This document shows positions 38,268 to 52,349 of a stretch of DNA of 64,000 nucleotides, piece by piece. The notes under the pieces are model-generated. The model did no database searches, had not been told where the DNA came from, and was given only the letters and a program-made list of their open reading frames with translations. The stretch's first letter is position 1. The number at the start of each line of letters is the position of its first letter. The stretch is from Harriotta raleighana. Lineage: Eukaryota. Location of the stretch: NCBI GenBank assembly GCA_050575255.1, contig JBNZDD010013683.1, forward strand, positions 1,959,455 through 2,023,454, read 5' to 3'. The translations under genes were made by a program, and so were the position numbers.

Positions 38268-40214
38268 GTAAGTGTTATCTAGGGATGATTTGTGATAATC
38301 ACTGTAATATATGTACTGTATATATATATGTAGTGTGTGTAGAATAAATCTATAGAGTATATGTAATGCAACAAATAGCATATTGACCAGTTAGAGTTTT
38401 GTTCTGTTTAAGTGACAGTGATGTTAATTGTTAGGCCCAGACATTTTTACAAAATGACATGAATTTATCTCACCAGAGAAAAGATATAATATTTTCTTTA
38501 TTGCAGATTAGCTAATGATTATCTTGGGGTGTGGTGTGGTGGATTTCATTTGGGATGAATTATACTTTATAATTGTTTTAATTTAGAAAAAAATCTTTGC
38601 CCAGGGAATGTAATGTAACTGGAGACGTACTTGTTCCCAAAAGACAGAGAAATTTGGCATTGTTTAATGGAATCAGTTCACAATTTCTAGCTCTTGCAGC
38701 TCAAGCAATAAATTCTTGTTCACATTTCATCCTATGTAAAGATGAAAAATTCATTGTGAAACATCTTGTAGATGCCTCTGAATGGATTCATCTCCATGTC
38801 TTAAAAATATAGTCTAGCTACACTACAATAAGTCAGCTGCAGAAAAGTCATATTTCTGAGAAGATTTGAAAATGAAGACCTTTCGCTGCATGCAGCGAAT
38901 AAATTGTATCAGATGCTTTTAACTGTCTATCAGTAGTTCAGGCTAATAAGGACTTCAAACGAGAGGGAAATCAAACCCATTGGCTCACAGATGCTTTGAG
39001 CAGAATAAAGCATTCTTTTCATCTTAAGAGATAAAGGCACGTTTTGACAGATAATGAGCAAAGGCATGCAACCATTGAAAATTATGCCCATGATAGATTA
39101 TTTTGAAACAAGTTTGTTTGTAAAGTACAGAAGGAATTAAAAAAAAGTTTATCTTGGCTGGCTGGGACTATAACAATGAATTCAGTTCTGGGAAAATCGT
39201 ATTGTTGATAGCGTGAATAATTAGTAATTTATGTAAATTAAATGAGATTCCAGAGCTTTTATGGTGCATTCAGTGCGAATCCAATGCATGTCAGTGAAAA
39301 AGACACGTAATGAAATGAAGCAGATGAAGTATAGCTACCTTGAACGGATTCTGCACAATCTGCTGTTCATATCAACCAGTGAATAGTAAAGAGCAACGTG
39401 GGTCTATTTTGCATTGGCATGTTCTGAAAATGTAAATTTCCTCATCAAGATAGGTTGGTGCCTGGCATCTTAGCCATCTGAAACCAGTGGCTTAATATAC
39501 ACAAAAGGCAATCCTGCTCTAATCTCGTTGATTGGATCCAGAAACATTTAACTCGCAGTACAAAAGAGACAGCAAAAACAGCTGAAGTGGTCACGGTTTT
39601 GGGGTTTGAGATGTCACTGGGGTGCACACTGAAGAAATGCTACCAGATGCACAACCAAACCCACTAGCCATAACTGGATAATAACAGTGCTGTATTGAAG
39701 GGCGTCATAACGGGGCATATGTGATGATGTATCCTTAATAGGAGCAATTATGTGTTGGTTTGTGGAGGGAGTGGACTCAGCTGTGAAGCCTCAGGCTTAT
39801 TGGCCTTCACTCCCTCTCAACTGTTTACTGTTGATGGTCTCTTCTTCTGTCACCCCATCTAAAGCCAACCCAGTTGTCAATGTTGACCTATAAGTCATGT
39901 CATTCTTGAGCAAGAGCTACCAAAAATCATGTCCTGAACCTTTGTGAAGAGTTAATGCTTCAGGAGAGAGAAAGGGCTGGGAGAACATTTGTCGAGCAAA
40001 AACTGGCACAAAAAAACACTCAGCGATTAAACACTCTTTTTTTATATTGTGAATATTAATAGGAGCTCCAGGCAACATTGTTCTGTATTGGTTGTTAAAG
40101 AAATCAAAGAGGTTTTGAATTATTGAGCAACTTGAGTTTAAGATATTTTTAGCTGGAGATAAAAGCTGGAATCACAAGTGCCCTAATAGCCTGGTGGGAA
40201 CAGGAACCAACCAT

Positions 40215-40565
40215 GCGCATGTTAGTGCAGAGAACAGAAGGCAGCAGGTGTGATCTTAACCCTGGGCTGAGGTAGCTGATCTCAACAAGATGAACAGGAA
40301 AATGAGTCAGTATTCCTATTCCTGATCGCTATCTAGTGTGCGCTACTTATGGTACTGTGCATAATAATAATAATCCCTGCATTTGATAGAGCACTTTTCA
40401 CATTTTATCGATATCTCAAAGCGCTTCACAGAATATACTGTAAAGTGAATTGACTGTATACTTGTGCATGTGTGGTTGTAAGGCAATCATAGGAGTCAGG
40501 ATTGGCCAGGATGCTTTCCATGGTTGAATCATCTGCCGAAACGTACTGTCCAAGATCACACATGA
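40215..40565 (+). repeat. Older interspersed repeat family B, interrupted by SINE A
   Basis: GCTGAGGTAGCTGATCTCA...CCTGATCGCTATCTAGTG | SINE | GTGCATGTGTGG...CACACATGA. Confidence 0.55.
40361..40466 (-). mobile_element. SINE family A, 3' fragment nested in an older repeat (repeated at 41746-41851 by the gap duplication)
   Basis: Tail motif match; both flanks resemble repeat family B. Confidence 0.85.
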
Positions 40566-43500
40566 CTTGCCAGTTCTTCTGTCCAGATTCAAAGAGCGTC
40601 ATCTAATACAACTTTGTATTTGGGAGTTGGAAAGCCAATTAAGCTTGTGCATGACAGAATCTGCACCTACTCTTCCTTTGAATGAGGCACTATCTGGACG
40701 AAGATCTTAGCTCAGCACGAGTCTGGCACAGCGATAGTGACACTTGTGGACAAAGCCAGGACTTGATTAACAGCCAGTGAAATAATTGGCCAATTGTATT
40801 TTTTTCCTTTCTCTTTGACATGCTTCCATTGTTAAGTCGTTTATATTCTTGGGATAGGCAACCACATTTACCNNNNNNNNNNTACACAAAAGGCAATCCT
40901 GCTCTAATCTCGTTGATTGGATCCAGAAACATTTAACTCGCAGTACAAAAGAGACAGCAAAAACAGCTGAAGTGGTCACGGTTTTGGGGTTTGAGATGTC
41001 ACTGGGGTGCACACTGAAGAAATGCTACCAGATGCACAACCAAACCCACTAGCCATAACTGGATAATAACAGTGCTGTATTGAAGGGCGTCATAACGGGG
41101 CATATGTGATGATGTATCCTTAATAGGAGCAATTATGTGTTGGTTTGTGGAGGGAGTGGACTCAGCTGTGAAGCCTCAGGCTTATTGGCCTTCACTCCCT
41201 CTCAACTGTTTACTGTTGATGGTCTCTTCTTCTGTCACCCCATCTAAAGCCAACCCAGTTGTCAATGTTGACCTATAAGTCATGTCATTCTTGAGCAAGA
41301 GCTACCAAAAATCATGTCCTGAACCTTTGTGAAGAGTTAATGCTTCAGGAGAGAGAAAGGGCTGGGAGAACATTTGTCGAGCAAAAACTGGCACAAAAAA
41401 ACACTCAGCGATTAAACACTCTTTTTTTATATTGTGAATATTAATAGGAGCTCCAGGCAACATTGTTCTGTATTGGTTGTTAAAGAAATCAAAGAGGTTT
41501 TGAATTATTGAGCAACTTGAGTTTAAGATATTTTTAGCTGGAGATAAAAGCTGGAATCACAAGTGCCCTAATAGCCTGGTGGGAACAGGAACCAACCATG
41601 CGCATGTTAGTGCAGAGAACAGAAGGCAGCAGGTGTGATCTTAACCCTGGGCTGAGGTAGCTGATCTCAACAAGATGAACAGGAAAATGAGTCAGTATTC
41701 CTATTCCTGATCGCTATCTAGTGTGCGCTACTTATGGTACTGTGCATAATAATAATAATCCCTGCATTTGATAGAGCACTTTTCACATTTTATCGATATC
41801 TCAAAGCGCTTCACAGAATATACTGTAAAGTGAATTGACTGTATACTTGTGCATGTGTGGTTGTAAGGCAATCATAGGAGTCAGGATTGGCCAGGATGCT
41901 TTCCATGGTTGAATCATCTGCCGAAACGTACTGTCCAAGATCACACATGACTTGCCAGTTCTTCTGTCCAGATTCAAAGAGCGTCATCTAATACAACTTT
42001 GTATTTGGGAGTTGGAAAGCCAATTAAGCTTGTGCATGACAGAATCTGCACCTACTCTTCCTTTGAATGAGGCACTATCTGGACGAAGATCTTAGCTCAG
42101 CACGAGTCTGGCACAGCGATAGTGACACTTGTGGACAAAGCCAGGACTTGATTAACAGCCAGTGAAATAATTGGCCAATTGTATTTTTTTCCTTTCTCTT
42201 TGACATGCTTCCATTGTTAAGTCGTTTATATTCTTGGGATAGGCAACCACATTTACCCCCTGCAACAGGGTTGTGCTTTCTGCACCAGTATTTATTCCAG
42301 GTAGTGAAGAGGCAAGGAATAAGATCTCTCAGCCTGTAGATTGGTAGGTGTAATTTTGCACACTGTTGAAGGGCTTCAATGATAGTCAATTGAATGAGGG
42401 GAAGTGACCTAATCCAAGATATAGCGGGTGGGGAGTAACATACAATCGTACTAAATAGACAATGTGGATGGTGGTGCCTATTATCGAGAGTGGTTTGGGG
42501 TTATTTTGTTTGTAAAATCTTGGCTGCCTCAGAGACATGTTTGATTTGCTTTTACTCAGACTGCCGCAATGAATGAATAATTGAATGAGTGCTGGTTCAC
42601 AGGTTTCGTGAACTAACTCATGCTTACCTCCAGTGCTGACCCCATCTGGATTGTGTATGCGTAAATGTGCGCATTCAGTAAAGACAGAATCAGACAACTA
42701 TGATGTCTGTGGTCGAATAGTATTCAGATGCTCACTCGGCTAGCCGTACACATTAAAGTACCAGTGACTCACTTTGAACTGTTTCAATGTTATGGTCATG
42801 TATTATCAGTTCCACTTTGATAAAGGTTCCAGAGGTCTACTGCCAGCAAGCGTTAGTGAAAGAGGAGAAATTGGGCAAATAAAAATAATGAATTTCTCAA
42901 TTTCCCGTTTTCTCAAACGCGATCTGTTTTTTCTAGACTGTTTTGCACTGATAACTAATAAGTCCACACTGTGCAAATATCAAGTTCAAAGCCTTTATAT
43001 CAAAGGAGAAAGCAACAAATGTTCTGCTTTATAGCATGCAGGTGGGATGTGTTGGGACTGAGATCCTGGAAATGTGCGGGTTAATAGCTTTTTTTTATTA
43101 GGATTGGATTTTATGCATTCCTTTTGATACAAAGCAGCTGTCAATTGTTTGAAATGACTCATATGGGAACAGTAGCTTTTTTTAAAAGACAACTTCAAAG
43201 AAACCAAGTAACACAAGTTCTCACTTTCAAACATCTGTCAAACCTGCTTACGGTCATTGCCTGCGAGGCAAAAAGGTGAAAAACACTGTCTGTGACAGTA
43301 TCGTGGAATGTTAAGTGTGGACCCTGACCAGAACAAGTGGTTCTGAAACAAATCGATTCACTTCTGTGATGGGACTCTCATGGGATTTTGTGAGTGTACA
43401 TTGCAAGAGTATTTCCTTGCTATCCAGACACAATTGATGCTGAGCCTCTAAGAGTAGTCAGGTTATTTGTGCGGTGGAATTCTTTTCAGTACACGAGAGA

Positions 43501-44963
43501 AGGTGGGGGGGTGGGGTGGGGTGCGGTGGGAGGAAGCTAGCTATGGTAAAATCATCCCAGGGTAGGGCATATTATTTGTGAACAGCTCAGTATCATTAAC
43601 TAATTTTGAAGCTTCATCAGGTTTCATAAATCCTGTTGTTGTGTTTAATTGAGCTGGAGAACAGACTAACGCCCAGATTTTCTTCAAATTCGGATCACAA
43701 CACTAATTATTTTTCTTAATACGATAAATAATGTTGGTTGCACTGATGTGAAGTTTGTTTATGAAGTTCTATAGAAAAACACATAGACCCTGCTTAAATG
43801 ATATTAACAATGTTGTTTTAACAAACATTATTCTGTCTCCCTTACAAAAGATTTGTCAAATCAGAGAATATCAATTAACTCTGGAATTTCCTTATGTCTA
43901 GCACATAGACTAAGACATAAAACCTAATGGCAACCATCTGCTCCAGACAGACAATTGCTTTAGTGACAAGTCTACAAGGATTTCTGACTTCATGTAAACA
44001 AATAAGCAGCTCCAGTGTCAAATTCAGTAACATTACTTTATTAACTGGTTTTGCCCATTTAACCTACACACTCAACAGACAGTTTTATTTTCTTTTAGAA
44101 GCGTTTTGAGAACGAGAAGAAAATGTCCACATAAAATAAATTCCACTGTTTATTTTGCAACCGTGAAAAATTGGAGGAACAGAAAGTAAATAGCCTGGAT
44201 AGCAGAATTTAAAAGTTCATCAAGTATACTTTGCTGTTAATTAATGGGGAATGGAAATGTCAGAATGCGTTGCTTTACGTTAGGATTGAAACAACTTGTT
44301 GGGGGAGAACTGAGGAGACTTACTCTGGATGTTAATTGTTATTATCGGACATGGGAATGCTTGATGACATTACTCAGTGCCCAAAATGGGGATGTTTCTT
44401 GGAATGATCAAATTATGGCTTCATGCTCCACCTGACAAACCTCTTTGATGTGAGGGGAAGATCTGCCCAAAATATCCGCAGCCTGTATGGGCAGGTCCTG
44501 CCTGCCTGTGGCACAGAATAAAATTGTACCTGAGCTCTGCCAAAGGCAGCGGGAGATAAACTTTACATTGCAGCATTTTGTTTGTAGATTATTCATAGGG
44601 AACCGCAGTGCACAAAGTAAATGTGGTCTGAGTGAGTGGAGCAGGTTCCTGGTACTGTATAGTGTATATCCGAAATGACCCGTTCAGGCTCCTTGGAATG
44701 ATCTCTGTGTTAGCGTTCACTGTAAGCAATACCAGTTTCCCGCAATTCAGTATTTACCACAAGAGACCGAATGTCTACATTACCCGCCCCCCCCCCCCCG
44801 CATACTGCTGTGCTTGCCGAGTCAGCCAGGCCAGGTTAGTTGCGTCTTGCTGAGTTGAAAGGTTATGGGTTGTGCATGGATCGTTACAACTTCAGCAAAT
44901 GATCTGTTCAGAGAGATGGTGCTGCTTCTCCCAGGTGATATGATTTCCTTTCTTGTTCCACAG

Positions 44964-45092
44964 CCTCTGATATTCCTGCCACCACCTGCAGTGTGGAGGA
45001 GTTCCAGTGTGCATATGGACGGTGCATTCTCGACATCTACCACTGCGATGGGGACGATGACTGTGGTGATTGGTCAGATGAGTCCGACTGTG
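44964..45092 (+). CDS. LRP4: LRP4 exon 6, LDLa repeat 5
   Basis: tccacag|CC...TGTG|gtaagt; 129 nt; (P)[42 protein letters not shown]. Confidence 0.96.
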
Positions 45093-48000
45093 GTAAGTTA
45101 CTGCCGCATTAATCATTCTCTTTGATTACTTTCTAAATCTCTAGTTTGGAGATGTATTTTCTTTTGATACCACCCGAAGCAAAATACATTTATAATTTGT
45201 CACATGCTGGAAACCGTGAATTCAAGATGTCTGCAATAATTGATCCAGATTTTGAAGAATTTTTTTCTCTTTGTGATGGGGCGAAGAACAGTACTACATT
45301 TAATTAGTGTGGATTCAGAGGTTTTCTTTGGACTAGTTAAAGCATTTGAAACAAAAAGTTAATTGTTTACATACGCAGACACTCCGCCACATTGCAGACG
45401 ATGGCAGGAACATTAGGGGCTAAAGAACAACCACAACAATAAAAGACATTATATCATCTGGAGAAATTGTCTCCAAAACCGAACCAGTTATATCTGCAAA
45501 CCACATTGCAAACCTTGTTTCTTGCATAATGGGAATGAAATGCTGACAACTTTGAGAGGTCTAGAAGATGTGATATCAAATTCAAGGATTATTATACATA
45601 ACTTGTGCGGGTGCTTTGAGGTGAAATGTCTGGCACAGCACGGCCATTTCAGTGTCCCTTTTGTGAGGCTACCATCACATACTTGTTTGCTAATTGTCAC
45701 GTTTCCCACATGTGAGAAGTCGCTTTCCCTGGCTTGGAGGGAGCCTGAATAGAAAACGCTATTTTCTATGAGGCAAAAAAAAAAAAGAATCGTGAATGTT
45801 TGGAAAATTGTCCGTGTCATTTTGAGCTTTGCTATTTGGGATTTGATAATAATGGTACATGCCCAACAAATCACTACTAAACAACGAAGCCTGATATTAA
45901 TCTGCTCCACAAGCCTCCGAAACACTTTGTGGCCACCTTTATTTGTTTCCTCCCAAACATGTGAGGCTTACACAATGCCATCCAAAGATTAAGGATAAAA
46001 CTCAGAATGAATGGATAACCTGACAGCAACACCAGTCTAGACTGGTAATCACACCCAGCGGCAAGTTTGTCTGGAGCTTGAATATGTTGTTTAGGTAAGG
46101 GAGCGGACATGTTACCAGATGATTGCTCAGGCGTTTCCTACAATTGCTCTCTCTCCTGATGGTTAACCAACAAGTAGACGGGGAACTATAACCAGTTTGG
46201 AACTTTTGTTATGGCACAGAAGAAGGTCATTTAGCCTGTGTTGGCTTTGATCTGTGCTGGCTTCTTTAAGAGCAATCCTTTCAGTCCCATATGAAACCCT
46301 TGTCCCATAGGAGTACAACATTAAAAAGAAATCCTGAAATGTTATTCTTAAAATTGTCTCTCACCATTTCAGGGAGGGTGAAGTCTGGGGAGCTGCACAC
46401 CCTTTTATGTCATGAAAAAGTGAGGTAATGATCATTCGATGATCTGTTTTGCTATTTTAATTGCACACCAGTCCCATAATCGCATTGCTTGTTGAGCTAG
46501 CTCTATTATTACTGATAGTGCAGAGATAGCAAATGCATCTTAAAGAAAGTTAACTAAAATTACATTTACTTTTCTCACAACACGTTCCGACTCTTTATCT
46601 TTTTTCGCTCATGGAGAGGCTTCACTGGAAGTTTGTCATTTGCTCCAAAAAAAATAGCCCTTGCAAACCTGGGATAAATTTGTTTCATTTTAGAAACGTA
46701 GATGAAACTGATGTCATATTTGATTTACAGGAATCTTTGCTTTCTGCATTACAAAACACCCAGTTCAGTATCTTTGAAACTAAAATGTTTTAGTGAATTA
46801 CTGTGATTAGTCATAAAATCCTACCCCTGCGGTTTTAAACAGCTGTTTGCTTTACAGCAATTGCATATTCTGTACTGATTGCAATAGAACGAAGGGATCT
46901 AATAATTGTAAACACGATCAGAAACTGTTTGACTGTGGTATCTAGAGTCATCTAATTGATATAAAATAATCCTCTACCTTGCTTTTATAACTTTGAAACA
47001 TCCATATTATACTCTACAATGTTGAGGGATGGTAGGGTTGGTGTGGGGGAGGGTCTGAAAGTTATTTATGGACCTGTCGGATCTTGTCAACTGATTGATT
47101 ATCACATGTTTCAGATGATGCATCTGTCGTGTTAACACACCACCCAAATTGCACACCGATCACATCGCTACCTCTTTGTTGCTGCATATTATTACGTCAA
47201 AGTCAGATCATGTCCCCTTTGAATCCTGCATTCTCATTGCTTTTCCTTTCTGACACCTAATTGTCTGTGCAGATGTTTCACCCAAGGGCACCATGCAGGT
47301 CACTGTGCATTTAATCCGCCTATAACATGTAATGAACCAACAACTTCCCTTGGTTATTTGCAATATGTTTATTGGGTACGACTGCCCTTCCTGTCCTGCC
47401 TGGGGAGCCCACACTTTAACTTATAATGAGATTCATTCTCCCCATCACACAACCCAGAGAAATTGTGATGATGTGGAATGCACCCAGCTGTTTAAAAGGC
47501 AATAGATGGACAGATAACATGGGAAGGCAGGCAATTAAGATGTTTGGGTTCAAGGCAGGGAAATAAATAAAATAAATTGGCTATAAAATGTTTTAAGATG
47601 GAGACTGTGAAGAAATACTGTAAGTGAAGTGTAATTGCAAGGTATGATGTGGTTGTGGAATGGGCTCCATGCTCTTGACAGGTTTAACATTTCATCTCCT
47701 TGATCATCACTTTAAGATTCACATCACCGTCTTGATGCCTCCGAAATCGACTTGAAGTTTATTCTCGCTCGTCTCCTAATCGCGAGGTAAACTGAAGCAT
47801 AATCCACGTAATGCAACCGGTTTACAAGGTTGACGTTCTGTAATATTCAGCTTTAAATCGGCGATCGAGAAGAATACTTATTTCTCAAATAACAGCAGCT
47901 GTTTTGCTCTCACAAGGCAAACCCATTTTAGTATTTGTGAGGCTTCATTAAACAATGATACGTAGACATGAGGAATGCCACTTATGGTGGGGTGGGGGGA

Positions 48001-48505
48001 GATCACACGGGCTCTTCACTCTTCAGACGGCACTGGCCCAAATAGTTTTCCACAAAACTATGCAGGTTGAAATGGGAACATATCAGCCAAAGTAAGATGT
48101 CGACAAATCCTCCTTGTATGTGTTCCAAACAGAAGTCAGGATCAAAGATGGTCTTATTTATTAACATTTTTTCTTTGCCAAAAAAATAGTCCAGATATCT
48201 TTCTGTGGTCCTCTGGAATCTGTTGTGCTGGCCAGGGGGAAATGAATGGACATTTTCACTGGCGGTTCTCATTGGTTTTTGTTGTATCTTCAAAGGCAGA
48301 CATTTTGCTTTGATGGGTGTAATACTGAACAGCAGAATGTTCAAATAGATTTGCAGACTGATACAGCTTGTGGGTTTATTGAAGAAGCAAAACTTCATGT
48401 CTCTAGTTAGAACATATTCCACTCAACATAGTGCAATAATAAGGCAATGCTACATTGGAGATTTCTCTCTCTGTCTCTTCCGTGCTCTCTCTTCTCTCCC
48501 GCACG

Positions 48506-48594
<89 letters not shown>
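48506..48594. repeat. Poly(C) run, ~89 nt, next to N48599
   Basis: Directly visible; length is unreliable. Confidence 0.85.
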
Positions 48595-48756
48595 ACCCNC
48601 ACACTCGCATTTATGGAGAGGTAAATATTTTAATTTTGCTGTATCTCGAAAATGGACAATTAGTTGCTCCCTGACCTTTGCCAACCATGTTACTGGTTGA
48701 CTGTTCAGAGTTCTAAAGGAATAGCCCCTCGAGCCTTTCTCTCCTGTTATGTCTCC

Positions 48757-48870
48757 ATTTCTGTGGGTAAAATATTAGTCACTACACTTGACGGTGTACT
48801 CTGTGAAGTGGTTTGAGATGTATCGAAGACATGAAAAAAGCGCTGTATTAAATGCAAGGGCTACTATTAT
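48757..48870 (+). mobile_element. SINE family A, 3' fragment
   Basis: CTGTGAAGTGGTTTGAGATG...GCGCTGTATTAAATGCAAGG. Confidence 0.75.
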
Positions 48871-49560
48871 AACCTCCCAGCCTCTTATTTAGTAACTACT
48901 CCTGAATGGTACCATCTCCTGATGGCATGAATGAAACATCAACTTAACTGTGTGGGGAAACAGCAGCTGTTATGTCCGTCTATGGTACGGTGCCCGGCCC
49001 AATTACACATTATTTGACTACTGCAGACTTGTTTCGCGCCTCAGCTGTAATGCACCTTGTGTTTTTGTCACTTGTTTGAATATTTGATATGTGAACGTTG
49101 AAACTGATGTTGTGTTCATGAAAATTTACACAAATTAGTTTGCTGAAACATAGGTTGAACAGCAAACTGAAATTGGGCATTCATGCTTTTCTGCACTTGA
49201 ATTTCTGCTTTTGTGGTAATGTTTTTTTTCTCTGCTGAGCATCCCTACGGTAACATCTGGCTTTATTAGTATCATATGCCTGAACACCTGGACATCTGTA
49301 AACAAGTATCTCAGCCATTTTTTTTATGCCCTCGAAGTATTGACTGAAATCTGGAGAATGGTTCAAATGATAACATCATAAAATGAGAAGATCAGATTTT
49401 TCTAAAAGTGTGAGAAGATTAGCAAAGTTATGTTGAAATGGGAATGTTTAAGTTATGGAATAAAGAAAAGCAGTAAAATGGAAGATGAACACATTGTGTG
49501 TACAAAGTATACTAATTCCGCTTCCTTGATATGTTTTGTTTTATATACATATATTTATAG

Positions 49561-49680
49561 CATCACATCACCCATGTCGATCGGGTGAATTTCTATGCAA
49601 CAGTGGGTTATGTATCAATGCTGGCTGGAGGTGTGACGGTGATTTTGACTGCGACGACCAGTCTGATGAGAAAAATTGCA
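49561..49680 (+). CDS. LRP4: LRP4 exon 7, LDLa repeat 6
   Basis: tttatag|CA...TGCA|gtaaga; 120 nt; (A)[39 protein letters not shown]. Confidence 0.96.
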
Positions 49681-49858
49681 GTAAGACTTTCTTTGTTTAA
49701 AAAAAAACAAGAGGGAGGGGGTGTGGCGGCGGGGGAGGGTGGTGGGGGGGGGGAGGGGGTGGAGGGTACAAATTGGTCACGAGCTCCCAAATAATATAAT
49801 GAATTCTGTTTCTCGTACGTCAGCGGAAACACTAAAAGTGCTCGTCTTTGTTGTGCAG

Positions 49859-49984
49859 CCACTTCGCAGTGCACCACAGACCAGTTTCGCTGCAAGTCTG
49901 GCCGATGTGTGCGGCTGTCATGGCGATGTGATGGAGAGGATGATTGTTCCGATAATAGCGACGAAGAAGACTGCGAAAAGACAG
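49859..49984 (+). CDS. LRP4: LRP4 exon 8, LDLa repeat 7
   Basis: tgtgcag|CC...ACAG|gtgata; 126 nt; (T)[41 protein letters not shown]. Confidence 0.95.
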
Positions 49985-50289
49985 GTGATAATGGGAGCTT
50001 TTGGGGAATGCCATCGTTTAGCATAACAACACAGAAGGAATGCGATGATTGCTGCCGAGTTAATTGGCACTTTAAGCACTTTGAAGGACAAGGTTTTTGA
50101 AGAAAAATGTTTTTTTTCTTCTGACAAATTTAGCCTAATTTCCTTTAAATGGGTAAATGAAACTCCAGTACTCTTTTAAATTACCCTAGTTTATCATTTC
50201 CACATGCACTGGCTTTATGTCCATAGAAACTGTTGAGTTACCTTTGCTCGTGAGAACACGGGATAATAAATGAGTGTCACCCAAGCTTA

Positions 50290-50391
50290 TATAATAATCC
50301 TTGCATTTGATATAGCGCTTTTCACATCTTATTGACATCTCAAAGCACTTCACAGAACATACTGTAAAGTGAATTGACTGTATATTTGTGG
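50290..50391 (-). mobile_element. SINE family A, 3' fragment
   Basis: ATAATAATCCTTGCATTTGATATAGCGCTTTTCAC...GACTGTATATTTGTGG. Confidence 0.87.
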
Positions 50392-50455
50392 CTTGTAGAG
50401 TGGCGATGGCTGAAATGACTTGGGGGGGATTCTAAACTTCCTCTTCCCAACACAG

Positions 50456-50581
50456 AAACCCCACACTGTGCTCCAGATCAGTTCACATGTGGCAATGGAC
50501 GTTGCATTGGTCAACGCAAGGTCTGCAATAGTGTCAACGATTGTGAAGATGCGAGTGATGAAAGCCCACACCAAAATTGCC
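50456..50581 (+). CDS. LRP4: LRP4 exon 9, LDLa repeat 8
   Basis: acacag|AA...TGCC|gtaagt; 126 nt; (E)[41 protein letters not shown]. Confidence 0.95.
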
Positions 50582-50758
50582 GTAAGTTAGAAGTTTGAAA
50601 GCACTCTAATTCAAAGCATCTGCACACGTGATGTTTACATCACGGTGCCAACGAAATACATTGCCCACAATCGATTGATTTTCAGGGTGAACAAAACCCA
50701 AAAGTCATTGTGCTGTTGACTCGGAACCGAGTTCTAACCGCTGCCATTTTAAACGTAG

Positions 50759-50893
50759 ATGCGCGGAACGAAGACGAGAGCTGCAACGTGAACAACGGTG
50801 GATGCGCTCACAAGTGTCAGCAGTTTCGTGGACTTGTTCAATGCACGTGCCACACAGGCTACCGATTATCCGAGAATGGAAAGCTTTGCCAAG
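50759..50893 (+). CDS. LRP4: LRP4 exon 10, EGF-like 1
   Basis: aacgtag|AT...CAAG|gtgagg; 135 nt; (H)[44 protein letters not shown]; consensus-like branch point TTCTAAC at 50732-50738. Confidence 0.94.
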
Positions 50894-51543
50894 GTGAGGC
50901 CTCTTCAAATCATTGCGTTTTCCCTTGGTGGCGTAGGAATAATCAAAGACTGTGCATTTCCCTCGGGCAACTCGGATTATTTTACAATGTGGAATGTCTC
51001 AGTACAAGTAGTCAGTTGAAGCTGAGTCCCCAACAAACGGTTGCTGTTGGGCGGAAGTGATAGGTTGCATGTGTTCAGTGAGGAATTCCAAGTCTTGTTT
51101 ACCCCCAGAACGCTGTTTGTCTTGTGCTTTTGTAGGGTGCAGTGTTTTTCCCTGGGAAATATACTTACTGCGCTGAGATTTGTAGCATTTATCATGTGGA
51201 AAATGTGATAATTATAAACATTACAGATATAGAGCTATTCCTTCAGCATCCCTAAATACCATCCAATTCTCTTCCCCACCCCACACACACATATATTATA
51301 TAGACACCAAATTCTGCAAGCATTGTATTAAGGTACTAAAGGTAGTATTTGAGCGATAATTTGTAGGATATTGACTGAAATAAATTGGTGCTGTGTGTTC
51401 AACATAGGGAGAGAGGTGGGCAGGAATCTCCTAATGGTCTGGGAAGTTTACACAGGGATCCATGAGATGCGAAGGGGCATAATTGTTAGCCTTTCTTCTG
51501 CCTACATGTCACAATGATCCAAATGTGGTGTATTGTCTTGCAG

Positions 51544-51669
51544 ACGTCAATGAGTGCGCGGAGGATGGATACTGCAGTCAAGGCTGCACCAATACAGAGG
51601 GAGGATTCCAATGCTGGTGTGTTCAGGGCTACGAACTCCGCCCTGACAAACGCGGCTGCAAAGCACTGG
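51544..51669 (+). CDS. LRP4: LRP4 exon 11, calcium-binding EGF-like 2
   Basis: cttgcag|AC...CTGG|gtacgc; 126 nt; (D)[41 protein letters not shown]. Confidence 0.96.
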
Positions 51670-52336
51670 GTACGCGCATTTCAGTCACTCTAAACTATTC
51701 TTCCAAAAGGTTGATCACAAATGAGTTTGACTATCCCCTTGCATTCAAAGGTTTGAGGGTCCTGAGTGAAATTAAGTTGCATTATTCCAATCCACTTCCA
51801 ATGGAGATGCCTGTCCACTTCATTGACCCATCGATTCACATTAAAAAGAAGCCAGTAGCCTTTTGACTTCACTGTACTTATTGATGCTTTGATGTGTGCT
51901 TTCCCTTCATGTTTTGCGCTGCCCTCTAGTCTTCAATTGACAACATGAAGTGATTGCACCAGATTCTCACAGTTTAATCGTGCTTCACTCGGAAGTTCGC
52001 AAATGAGTTTGACTATCCCGATTATTTTTCTAACCTTCCTTTTTTTTTTGCTATTGCGCTTTTTGTTTTCCCCTTCACATATTTACCATTTTGTTTTTTG
52101 GAGCGTAACATTGATAGATACTTGCAGTGCCTTCAGCTTTTCTGTTGTGCGTTTTCACTTACCTCTCCCTCATTTCATATTCAAGATCACTGATAGTGGT
52201 TTCACTGTGATCAGAATCAGAATGATAATAATAATAACAATTCTAATAATAATTATGTCGCTGTTTACAAGTTTACAGCGAAAGCAATTTGATAAGGCTG
52301 CGTCCATTAGCGTCAAATTCACGTGGCTGCTTGGTT

Positions 52337-52349
52337 GTTGCTAAGCAAC
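52337..52349. promoter_or_regulatory. Candidate RFX X-box
   Basis: Palindrome GTTGCT-A-AGCAAC; motif match only. Confidence 0.4.

Larger units (their letters stand above)
39498..42257. repeat. 1375-bp direct duplication (39498-40872 / 40883-42257) across a 10-N gap; probable assembly artefact
   Basis: The copies appear identical by eye and both abut N 40873-40882. Confidence 0.9.

Noticed and set aside
39498-42257. Real 1.4-kb tandem duplication and its duplicated ORFs
   Set aside because: Identical copies abutting a 10-N gap indicate an unmerged contig overlap.
48370-48700. Poly-Pro and poly-Gly ORFs
   Set aside because: These are translations of a poly(C) run next to an N; intronic and probably of artefactual length.
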